A stretch of DNA of 64,000 nucleotides from assembly GCA_958009085.1 (NCBI GenBank), contig OY253671.1, positions 992,001-1,056,000 of the forward strand, written 5' to 3'. Under the pieces are notes generated by a model. That model did not search any database and was not told the origin of the DNA. It worked only from the letters and a program-made list of their open reading frames with translations. Source of the stretch: Protoeuglena noctilucae (taxonomy: Eukaryota). Numbering within the stretch: position 1 is the stretch's first letter; each line of letters begins with the position of its first letter. Made by a program: the position numbers and the translations under genes. Shown here in pieces: positions 1 to 11,368 of this stretch.

Positions 1-88
1 ACAGCTGCGAGCGTGCATGGTGCTACCACAACTCCACCACTAATATGCAACTATGCTCTATGCCGGGGTAGTTGCCTTGACGCATCGA

Positions 89-2388
89 TCACCACTCTCC
101 GTTCGTGAGTGCGTCTAGCACGTCCTTTTCTGTCATCCACTGGCCTACCAGCACGCAATGGCCGTTGCACCGGGCGCGCCGGGGGCAGCATCGCCGGTGG
201 GCTGCCGCGCTCAGGCATCCCGAATGCCCCCGCAGCGCATTGGAAGTTCCAGCGAAGGGCGCAGCGAGCCAGGGACACGTGGCCAGTGCTCCGGTGGCAG
301 CAATGACGCTCGCATCGACGCCGGCAGGGGCAGCCATCGCGCTGTTACCCGCCCCGTCGCCCACGTCACCCTGCGCCGCGTCAGCGATGCCGACATCGTC
401 GCCGCTGCACCCCAGGACGAGCACGGCCAGGTTGCGCAGGTTCTCCATCGGCGGACACCAGACACGCGCGAAGGATTCGCAGCCCCAGGCGCCCACTGCA
501 GAAATGCGGGACAGGGAGGGGAGGCCGCCGAGGGCGGCGCACAGCCGCTGCGCCGTCCGCTCGTCGAGGCGGCTGCGGGGGCGAGAGACAGATCATCGTG
601 ACGTGCACCGTGTAGGCTGCTAGGACACGGGCCTGGCTGTCATCGCAGCGCAGGCGCCGCACCCTGAGACTGACATATCGATGCGGAAGTGCGTCAGTCC
701 CTCCATGACGGCGATCGCCCGTGTGCCCGCCTCAACGGCCGATGGCTGGTAATCCGTCAGCGCACACTCGCTCAGGTCCAGCGCCTGCGAGAGACGGGCG
801 AGAGCACGTTCCGACCCGGGCATCGCCACACGCCTGGCAGCGGCACAAAGCTGCTCGGTCCAACACAGGCAACGTCAGCTCGCTAGGCCGCGTCGCTCGC
901 CTGGAGGCCGCGGAGTGCGGCCAGCACCGCGACCCCTGCCCACGTCACGTGTTCGTTCCACGCCAGGCTCAGCCGCGTGAGGCTCGTGAGTCCCACCAAC
1001 CGCGGGAGCCCCTCGTCCGTGATGCCGGCGCCCGGCGCGCGCTTGGGCAGCGGGCGTCGCTGGCCAGGTGGCCCAGCAGACAGAAGGAGGCACTGGAGGG
1101 CGGGGACGCAGTGCAGGTACTGCATGCCCTCATCGGAGAGGAGCGACGACGCGGAGAGGTCCAGGTGCGTGAGGGACGACATGCCCTGCAGGGTCTCGAG
1201 GTCCAGGTACGGTGGGGCGCCGGACGTGGAGGCCCGGTGGAGGTAGGGCAGTCGGAGGGCGCGGAGGTGGCAGAGGCGGGAGAGGCCGTCGAAGGGGCGG
1301 TCGCATCCGCTGTAGAAGAAGGCGTCGGAGATGGCGAGGGAGGTCAGGGCGGACAGCGCGGTGAGCTGGTCCAGGCCCGGGTCGTCCCAGCACTCGACGC
1401 AGAAGCGCTCGAGGGAGAGCTCGCGCAGGCTGGAGAGCCCCGCCATGCGCCGGACGTCCGAGGGCGACAGGGACATGCGGTGGGTGTTGCCAGCCCGGGA
1501 CCCCACCAGGGCCAGGGACTGCAGGCCAGTGAGGGCCCAGAGACCCTCGAGGCTCCCCGGCACAAACTCCGGCTCTGAGCTGGAGACGTGGTCGCTCCAT
1601 TGGAACCACTCAGAGGGCGAGACGGAGAGGCGGGTCAGTTGAGTGAGGCCAGACGCCTCGTCCGCCTGCAGCGGGGCGACGTCCACGGCGCGCAGCGAGA
1701 GCCGGGAGAGGGACGGATGGGTGCGGCACAGGCGCAGGAGCGCGGCCCAGGGGTCGCTCGCGTCCCTGCGGGGGCCACGGAGCGGCGCTGATTGTGCGGG
1801 GCGAGCCATCAGGTGGGGTGAGGGCATGGTCGCTGGGCAATGCGGGGCTCACGAATCTGTGGCGCGGCTGGGGCGATCATCCTCCTTGGCGAAGGGATTG
1901 GGGTCGTAGTTGGGCTCGGGAATCGCATATGTGTCGCTCCCCAGCTGCGGTACCTCGACGGTGGCGTCCAGATCTGTGGCAGTCGGGCGCAAGCGGCGCT
2001 TGCCACGCAAGAAGGCGGGTGACAACTACGTCGCGCGCGCCCAACTCAGATTTACCGGTGAGCGCTGGCAGCCGAGCAAGAATCACCGCGTCCTCTGCCT
2101 GAAAGAGAACTGATGGCCCGTCCAGCTTGTGCGCGTGGTGGATGCAGCGGGTCGTGGCATCTCGCGCTTGCTTGCAACTCAGACTGCACGAAGCAGAGTT
2201 AGAGTCGCACATCGGGAGGCGATCGCGGAGCCGAGATGCCCCGGCGGCGCGCACGCGGGCGGCTCGGCAGCCCACCGGAACGCGTGCTTGGTCTCTTGCG
2301 AGCAGCGCAGAAAGACTTCTGCCAGCAGCTCGGGAGGCATGTCCAGCAGCTCCAGCTGCGGGCGCTGCGCATCCTGCGGCTCGGCCAT
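89..2388 (-). CDS. F-box/RNI-like leucine-rich-repeat protein (multi-exon)
   Basis: N-terminus MAEPQDAQRPQLELLDMPPELLAEVFLRCS resembles an F-box. Many LRRs follow (LSSLRELSL, LSALTSLAI, LCHLRALRL, MSSLTHLDLS, LTSLTRLSL, ITDEGLPRL). Last exon ends WMTEKDVLDALTNGEW* at 89. Confidence 0.75.
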
Positions 2389-2992
2389 CCTTGGCAGACT
2401 GGATTCACAGAGTCGCGGTGAAAGGGCGACGATGATTTGGGGCTGCAGGCGATGGGGGGTGGATAAGCAGCATTCAGCCAACACCTGAAGGTGACAGACG
2501 ACTGGATGGCATCAACTGGCATACCCAATTTGCCAGTCTTCGAGTTTTGGCACTATTGATGCTTAACAATCCCTCTGCATCTGTATCGCAACGCAGTCAG
2601 GCACGGGGGCGCATCTGGCCAATAGGCGGAGTTGGCTTTCTGCTGACCCGCATGTCGCAGAACATGCGCCGCTGATCGTGCGCTCCTCCAGCCCCTGATC
2701 CGCTTGCCAGGTCAATACATCGTGTTCGAAGCAGCAACAAATTGACGGTGGAACCTACCTGTTTAAAGCCGTCTCGACGGGGCTTCGCCTGATTTAGCGA
2801 GGTACCTTACCTTGCCTCGCCGATAGTTCCTTTAAGAAAGAGGCGGGGCTTGTGCGAGTAGAGAAAAGGAAAAGATGTCGATTGCGTCGGCAGCGCGAGC
2901 GCTAGCGATCGAACGGCGCAGAGCGGGAGGGTCAAACAATGCGGGCTAACACGGTTTCCTCGCCGCATCTGCAGGGCTGCGCTCCAGCAACG

Positions 2993-5900
2993 ATGGGGAA
3001 GGGGATCTTATCTTCTTGCCGCGCCTGCTGCCGCTCCTGCTGCTGCTGCGGCGGCGGCGATGGCAGCAGCCACGGCGGCAAGCTCTTGTGCGGGGGATGC
3101 GGAGGGGGCATGTGCGGATCCTGCGCCTCTGGCGGCTATGGAGGAGGTTCCACAGCTGGCTACGGAGGGTGTTTCGGGTACGGTGGCAACGGTGGCGGGC
3201 ATGGCACGTACTGGGGCCCGGGCGGCAGAGTGCGCATCATGCCGGCGTACAACCACCCCACCCGAGATGCCCACCACTCCTCCTCAACCAGCACCGTCTA
3301 CGACGTGCAAGACGGCTACGTGGTGCGTGCCGCTACCCGCTCGCGAGGCCCAGCAGGGCTAGGCCCCAACCACACCGCTGAGTCGGGACTGCTCTACACG
3401 CACATTGGCCTCTCCGTGGTCACAGTCATACACAGACGGCGCGATCGAGGACGTGAAGATCGTCAACTACTCGGGCATCGCGGTCGACATCCTGCTCATC
3501 GACCACGAGAGCGAGGGCGGCAGCAGCAGCAGCGGGAGCCACGGCGAGGTCAAGAACCTCGTCGTCACCATCCCCGCGCAGTCCCGATGCCTGGTCAAGC
3601 TGCCGCAGGGCGGGTGGATCCGGGCCAAGCCCGCGGACGGCGGCAAGGCCCGTCTCTTCTTCACCGAGTCATTTGAGAGGCGCGGGGGCCTTTTCAACTG
3701 GGGAGCGGCACGCACGGTGCTGCCGGAGGCCGCCCTGCCGCGCACGCTCTGGTTCTGCCCGATGGTCCACTACGAGACGCACCGTGCCGTGGTGGGCGTG
3801 CACCTGCTCAGTGATGCCCACAGGCGAGGGGCCCGCAGAGCGACGGGGGCTGCTGCGCACGCTTTGTCGTTGCCCGCACCGCGGCCAGACAGCCTCTCCC
3901 ACGCGTGTTCCCCCGCAGCATCCAGCCGGCCTACGTTGACAGCTCCGGTGGCGTGCACGAGAAGCGGCCCGTCAACCGCATCAAGGAGCTGATGGCCAAG
4001 GCCAGGGCAGCCGCGGCAGCGATCCGTCTGCAGGGGATGGTGCAGCGCCCGCCGCGGCGGGCCCGCAAGTCCCAGAAAGCCCTGGCTGCCGGCCAGGGTG
4101 CGCAGAAGAAGGAACGGCGGAAGACGGTGCGATGTGAGTGCCGCAGGCACGCCCTGGCTGCACAGCCAGAGCTGCAGTCGCACCTGCCGTGCCCAGCTGT
4201 TGCATGGAGGATGCATCCGCAGTGGCCGCCGCTGCGAGCCGAGTGCCGGGTTCTGTTATCCTAAACCGCAGCCGTGACGACCAAGAAGTCAGAGAGGAAG
4301 AAAGCACCGAAGAAGAACGCCAGCGCGGCTGACATGGCCCCGGGTCACGTGGCGCCGGCCCCCCTGTCCCTGATCAATGCGTTCCCGGCGAGGAAGGGGA
4401 AGCTGACGCCGCTCAAGGGGCGGGGCGAGGACAAGGGAGGTGGCGGGAAGACGGACGGCAAGGCGGGTCGCAAGGGGTGGCGAGGGACTCTGCGTGCCAC
4501 CAGGCTGGGGCCGGAGACGGCGAAGGGCGGGCGGGCATTGGTGGATTGCGAGGGGCGCGCGAAGCCCGGCGCGCCGCCCGCGGGCCACCCGGCTGGGGAG
4601 CCAGGGAAGTGGCACTTGACGGTGGCGCTGGTGTGGGTGTGGGTGACGCCAGGCAGTCCCGATTGGGGCGAGGCGCAGGCGGTGGACAGGGACGGCAAGG
4701 CATCCCCGGAGACGCGGCCGAACGACGACGCGCTTCGGTCGCTGGGGGGCGGCTCGGGCTCTACGGGTGGTGCGGGCGGGGACGGAAATGGCACGGGCGG
4801 TGCTGGGGTCGGCACAGGTGGGGAGGGCAAGGGTGAGGGCAGGGATGGAGACACGAGCCTTGTTGCGAGGGGGGGAGGCGAGAAGGGCAAGGGTGGGAAT
4901 GGTTCGGGGAAGGAGGGCAAGGGTGGAGACGGAAATGGAGATTCGAGTCTCGTTGCGATGGGGGGAGGCGAGAAGGACATGGGTGGAAGTGGCAAAGGGA
5001 AGGAGGGCGAGGATGGGGGTCGTTTGGGCGAGATGGGCAAGGGTGGGAGTGGCTTGGGCGAACGGGGCAAGGGTGGGAGTGGCTTGGGCGAACGGGGCAA
5101 GGGTGGGAGTGGCTTGGGCGAGATGGGCAAGGTTAGAGACGGAGACAACGACACGAGCGTTGGTGCGATGGGCAGAGGCGAGGCTGCCGGGCAGACGGTG
5201 CCGGGTCAGGGTGCCTTACAGGCGCACACCACGCCTGGAGGTGCGACGGTTAGAATATCTAGCGACCAGGGGAGTGGGCAAGGAGGTGCAGGGGTCGAGG
5301 GCAATGCAGAGGGAGCGGGACGGGCCGGGGGGGACGCAGGAGTGCCGATTGGCGAGCTGGGGCGATGGGAATTGGTGGACGGCGAGTGGCGGTGGGCGGC
5401 TGCTGAGGGGGGCGAAGGGGGCGTCGATGGCGCAGGGCGGGGCGAGGGCGGTGCAGCGGACAGGTGAGGACGTGAGGGTGGGTGTGCGCATGTGAGCTGT
5501 GCACGTGTGGGCTGCGAGTCGACGCCGTGTGAGACGCTGCTCGCAGGGTCAGTGAATTTCGCATGGATTGGATCGAGGATGCGTTTGCAGACAAGGCTGA
5601 CAAGGACGGCAATGCGCGTCCCACGGAGCCTCCCCCGAGGAAGGGCCACTGGGTGCTGCAGGACGGGGAGTGGACGTGGGTCGAGGACCCCATTGCATTG
5701 ACGTTCATTGAGGACGGCAGCAAGACGGAGTCCAAAGCGCCTGCCTCAGGTGAGCGCATGCGGCGGTGCGGACTGCGATGGGAAGTCACGCGTAAGGGAT
5801 AGAGCACGGTCCTAGTTTCCCTCACGATGAGGTTGAGTAAATTTGATAGTAGCAACTGTTGCCACGAACGCTGCGCTCTCAGGGGACAGGCCGGGTGGGG

Positions 5901-8900
5901 TAGTGGTGAGCGAGTCGGGGCGTGGCGTGGGCGACCCACAGCTGCAGTTTGTGGATGAGGATGGGAAACGCAAGCAGGGCGGGGAGGGTGGGCAGAGTGG
6001 CAGGGTGGGTGGCGTGGTGATAAGTGAGTCGGGCCGAGGTGTGGGCGACCCACAGCTGCAGTTTGTGGATGAGGATGGGAAACGCAAGCAGGGCGGGGAG
6101 GGTGGGCAGAGTGGCAGGGTGGGTGGCGTGGTGATAAGTGAGTCGGGCCGAGGTGTGGGCGATGCTCGGCTGCAATTTGTAGATGAGGATGGGAAACGCA
6201 AGCAGGACGGGGAGGGCAGAGAGGGTGACAGGGGTGGGGTGGCGGTGAGCGACTCGGGAAGGGGTTTGGCTGAACCTGAGCTGCAGTTTGTAGATGAAGA
6301 TGGGAAACGCAAACAAGGCGGGGAGGTTGGGCAGGTTGACAGGGCGGGTGGGGTGGTGGTGAGCGAGTCGGGGCGAGGCTTGGGCGACCCACAGCTGGGC
6401 TTTGTGGATGAGGATGGGCAGCGCAAGCAGGGCGGGGAGGGTGGCAGGGGTGGGGTGGTGGTGAGCGAGTCTGGGCGTGGCGTGGGCGACCCACAGCTGC
6501 AGTTTGTGGATGAGGATGGGCGGCGCAAGGGCGGCCAGCAGGGCAGCGATGGCACGGCCCCTGAGCCTGGCCGTGTGCGAGTGGACGTGGATGGTCCCAC
6601 AGATGGCTCCATTGGCCTTACTCTGCTGGACTCCGATGCTCCCAAACCTGGCCAGGGCGAGGGCGGCGTGGGTGCTGCTGCGGCCAACGTCGTGGTGTCG
6701 ACCGACGCTGAGCAGGTGAGTTGCACAGCGTGTGCAAACAAGCGAGCGGCTGGGTGCGAGATGCCCCGCGGTGTGCTGTTGAGCACGAAGGCAGTGGCCT
6801 GCAGCCACCTGTGCATGCTGTGCGTGGCTGCAGGTGGATGCCAGCGGGCAGCCGGCTCCCACCGAGCCTCCGCCGCGCAAGCGGGGCATGTGGGTCTTGA
6901 TCGACGGGGTGTGGACGTGGATTGAGGAGGGCGACCCACTGTGGGAGGCCCTGATGAACGCCAAGCCGAAGCAGCAGGTGGCAGAGGGCATCTCAGACCT
7001 TCTCAAGGACCTTCGTGATAAGCCCGCGGATGCCCCGAGCGTGGCGGAGGGCCAGGTCTCTGTGGATGGGCCTGAGATTGAGGCGGAGGTGTCGGGGCAG
7101 GCGGGCGAGGGTGGAGGGGCAGGCGAGGGAGAGGGTGAGATGGTGGGGGAGGTGCTGGAGATGGTGGGGGAGGAGGTAGAAGAGTCGGAGGAAGAAAGCA
7201 TGGACGAGGATGAGGGTGTGGATGAGGAGGGCGACGAGGAAGGCGACGGCGAGGGTGGGAGCGACGAGGAGGGCGCCAGTGTCAAGAGCGAGGTGAGGGA
7301 ACTGGAGCGAGGAGGCACAGCAAACTTGTGGAAACTAAGCTCTCGCTTTGCTGAAGATGAGCTTGGTGGCATGCGACGCCGCGTCGTGAGGCTATGCGGG
7401 GGCGAGAAGAGCAGCGTCATTGTGTGCTTGCAGCGGATCCCTGGGCGGTGGGTCATGCGGAACGGAGAGTACTGCTGGAAGGAGCAGGCGAGGCGTGCGG
7501 GTGGTGCATGGCTCCTGGGCGCTTGCGGGTTTCCGAAGCTATGTAACTCCATAGTATAGGTCATGGTGCATGCCGTTTGCGTCTGTGCAGGGCGAGGTGT
7601 GGACGGAGGACGAGGAAGAGGGCGACGGAGAGGGCGAGGATGGGGATGGGAAGAAGAAGAAAAAGCGAGAGGACGGCCCCCCGCAATTCACGCAAGTGGA
7701 GCTGCAGCGTCCGGAGGTGCTGGACGTCGTGGCGGTGCAGTCGGTGAACGTCAAGCCCAAGAACAAGCTGAACGTGACGATCGTCAACGCGGAGAGCGCC
7801 AGGGTGGAGGTGCAGGTCATCCAGGCCAGCGGCAACCGCACCACGCACGTCATACTGGTGAGAGCGCGAGGGGGCTGGCAATGCCGGGCGTGGTTGCCAC
7901 AGCCAGAGCATAACGCGTGACGCCCTATGCCGCATGCCGGTCACATGCCAGTCGTTGCGTAACACATCAGCTAATTTGTCGTTTTTGTGTCGCCCTCGCA
8001 GGGACCCAAGCGGAAGTGGAAGGGCCGCCTGGCCGCGGGCACCTGGTTGGCGCTCGTCAACCTGTCTGACGGCAGCGACCCGCTCTTCTTCGAGGAGACG
8101 CTCGTCCCCAGCTCCTTCGCCACTCGCACCAAGGCACGTGGAACATACGGGCGGGTACAGCAATGACACGGGGTCATGCTAGTTACTAAGCGATGCGTTG
8201 TGGTTTACCCATTGTGGTTGCCCCACAGCCGAGGGTTGCGTGATCTCAATAACCTGACGAACCCTTGCGTGACTGCAGAAGAGGCACCCACCAGGTGCCA
8301 GCGCGCGCACGTGCTGGATGGTGCCGCACGAGGGGCGCAGGGGCTACGACGTGCGGCTCGAGGTCCGCCTGGTGTCAGGTGCGAGGACAGTCATACCTGT
8401 CACCTCACCGCCTGGGGTGCAAGCGCGGTGCAAGGCCCTGGCCGTTGGATTGCTGGCATACAGAAAATGGCTTGAATTTGTCTCTTGGTTTGACATGACC
8501 CCTGCCAGGTCTCGCAGCACCGCCACGATCAGTCCATGCGCCCGCCCCCGCCCGCAGCCATCGACGGGCGGCTCCTCCCCATCGGCTTCCCTCACAAGGG
8601 CGACCTCGAGGGCCCCGAGGTGATTGAGTTCACGAACGTCAACAGCACGGGCAAGATCGACACCCGCACCCGCGTCGTGTTCCGCAACACCTGCTCCTAT
8701 CCCGTGGAGATCGAGTACGTCGACCACGAGGGCAAGACCGCCCGGGAGCTGACCCTGAAGCCCATGGCCATGTTCAGGACGACCGTCGATATGGGATCAT
8801 GGCGCAGGTGATGACACCGATACCTGACCGTGGTTCTGTGCGGGCTTTTCCTCGCTGGCTCAGTGGCTTGCGCTGGAAGCAGGGGGCTGGCACTGATGCG

Positions 8901-9237
8901 AACGAACAGCGGTGCCGTCGCTCTCTCGGCACCTGGGCACCTCATCTGCCACGCCGCCACGCTCCCACGCAGGCCGGTCAAGAGCGGTGACGCGGACGGC
9001 AAGACCAAGCTGTACTTCGAGGAGATCATGGACTATACGGGGCCGGGCTTCCCCGCGTACACGCCCAAGGGCGCCTCCCCGCGGGTGTTCTGGATGGCGC
9101 CTTACAAATCCGACCAAATGTGGGAGCCCAAGCTGTACATCCGGCCGACCAAGACCGTGAAGGCGGCGGTCATCGACGTCGACCTTTCCGCTTCCCAGGA
9201 CATCGGCTTCCTTTCGCTGCTCATGATGAACTCCTGA
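2993..9237 (+). CDS. Large multi-exon repeat protein: Cys/Gly-rich N-terminus, three VHL-beta-like domains, Gly-rich and 38-aa tandem repeats, Trp-motif repeats
   Basis: Exons join in frame via GT-AG and GC-AG introns (e.g. 7488-7590, 8134-8278). Starts MGKGILSSCRACCRSCCCC. Three homologous ~120-aa domains at ~3440, ~7730 and ~8620. Ends LLMMNS*. Confidence 0.7.
5025..5132 (+). repeat. 30-bp coding tandem repeat (GKGGSGLGER-type, ~3.5 copies)
   Basis: gggcaagggtgggagtggcttgggcga repeated with period 30. Confidence 0.9.
5890..6530 (+). repeat. ~114-bp coding tandem repeat, 6 copies (GGVVVSESGRGVGDPQLQFVDEDGKRKQGGEG)
   Basis: Near-identical units starting near 5927, 6041, 6155, 6266, 6381 and 6482, all within ORF 5843..6925. 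Confidence 0.95.
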
Positions 9238-9412
9238 GCTGCCTGGCTGTGTTGTGCGCGCTGTGCGCTCCAGAGATACGCGCATTGCGGAGAGCGGACC
9301 GCTCCGGCTGCCTGGGCATTCAAATAGATAGTCGGGCAGCTAGCTCTGAGTCTAAATCTTCTGCATCACGAGGGCCCACATAGGCTGGAAAAACGAGGCA
9401 CGAGTCAACGCA

Positions 9413-11218
9413 TCACGCAAACGCGGCGGCGAGTACTGCGCCCAGCAACGCCGCAGCCACGGCCGGCGCGGCGCAGGCGCTCGGCGTGCTGGCGGGCGTG
9501 GTGTTGGTCCCGGTGGGGGAGCTCGGCCCGGATTTGATCGGGCTCGAAGCTGCAGGGGTAGCCGAGGAGCCGGACGGCGCGCTGGCCACCGTGGCGCCCA
9601 TGCCTCCCTTGAGCAGCGGCGCCTGGGACGCAGACCAGCAGGGGCACCACAGCGTGAACTGGATGGAGCCCTGCGAGGTGGTGTACGTCTGGGCAGTGGA
9701 GGAGCACTCGGAGTAGAGAGCCTTGCACTGGGCCAGGGTCTGTGTGGCGCCGTTGCCGTAGCAGCCCAGCGTGAATGGGCCGATGTCCTGGATGTGGTAG
9801 TGGTAGAAGGGCGTCGTGGGCACGGTGCCGTCGGTCTTGGGCGCCAGGCCGATGTGCCCGCCGCACGCGTCCAAATCCGTGGGGGTCGCGGAGGTCGACT
9901 CGCGGACGCCGTAGATGCCGTAGCCGTCCAGCGCGACGCCGACGAGGTTTGAGTGGCCGGAGGTCGAGTGGTCCACTGCGGGGGTAGGCAAGTGGAATCG
10001 CAAGTTTCAAATTCGGACCCATCGCGTGCGTGGAGCCAGGCGGCGGCTGATATGGGGTGACTCACCGCACGTCATGGAGTGGTGGAAGTGGTAGGGGCTT
10101 GCGTGAGCGCCGCAGCTGTCCGGCAGCATGCCTGTGATGACGTTGGACGTCCCGCACTCGTAGTCGAGCTTGGCCTCGCACGTGGGCACGTCCATGCCGG
10201 CGGGGCAGACCCCGGCGTTTACGGTGCAGGCCTGGTTGGCGGTGAAGCCGGCCTCGAGGGGACCGTAGATGACCATGCCTCCCTGTGAGAACGTGCACAG
10301 GCGTGCATGGCTCACGCGTGGCTCATGTAGGCTCCGCAGGCGTGGCCGAGCAGGTGGACGCTGCCAAGTGGGTGCGGTGCCGTCACGCCAAGCGCCTCGG
10401 GTGTGGGGCTCACAGGCGCTTCATGGCTGCACGTCACTCGCCTTGTTCGTCGTCACGTCCCACGAGTAGCCGACGGTGCCCAGCAGGGGCGCGCCATGTG
10501 CACCCGTGGCGAAGGCGGGGTCAGGGATGGTCTGGCTGGTGCACTGCGAGCGGAGCGGGGCAAGTTGAGGCCTGGCGTCGGGCACTCGTTCGCCGCAACA
10601 CGCCTGGCGCATCCACCCGCCCTCACCGTGGGGGACGGGTTGCCCTTGCTCCCGTAGGCGTAGTGAGGGCAGATGTTGGTGACCAATGTGCCCGTGAATC
10701 GTCCGTTGGACCAGGTCAAGCCCGAGGAATCAAAGTAGTTGCCGGATCCGTCGGAAGGGCACGGGGAAGACACGGAGGGGCAGGCCGTGCTCGTCGAGGA
10801 GCCGGTGCCGTGCGTGAAGGCCGGCACGGAGCCGTTCGTCTGCATGTGCATCCCTGTGCCGCCTCCGGGAGCGCCGCCGGGGGGCTGCGCGACGCAGCCT
10901 GCAAGCGAAACACTCGCCAGCTTGGGGCAGGCCAGCCGGGTCCTCGGAGCAACCTCCGGGACGGGCGCTGCTCCTGATTTGCAGCTCTATCAATGCACGC
11001 ACATCAGATAAACAAATTTCTGCCCGATGTGCGCCCGATTCCGCGTCCGGGGCGGTCAACGCGGCGAAACATGCTTGGGGCGCGCTGCGCCCGCTCGGGG
11101 CCCCGTTACGGCGTGCACTCCCTGTCAGAGACAGGGATCCCCATTTGTCGCGCAGCTCACCCACGGACATGAGCGCGGCGAGCGCCGCAACGGAAAGGGC
11201 AACGGAAAGGGCAATCAT
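9413..11218 (-). CDS. Secreted YHYH-domain protein, probably GPI-anchored
   Basis: Signal peptide MIALSVALSVAALAALMSV. Motifs HASPYHFH, GHSNLVGVALDGYGIYG, DLDACGGH and FYHYH. Ser/Thr/Pro-rich stalk and hydrophobic C-tail AVAAALLGAVLAAAFA*. Confidence 0.8.
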
Positions 11219-11368
11219 GGTCCCACTTGAACAAACGCAGCACCCCTGGCGCGGTGCCTTTCGCGGGGGCATTCAAACGCCGCGCGGAGGCCGCAATCTA
11301 AGTGGATTTGGAGCCACGAGATCCACAAGTTAGGCATCACGCACGTTTTCCTGCAAATTCCGCCAGTG

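Noticed and set aside
5890..6530. Regularly spaced repeats as a possible CRISPR array
   Set aside because: The units are contiguous coding repeats without unique spacers, there are no cas genes, and the context is eukaryotic.
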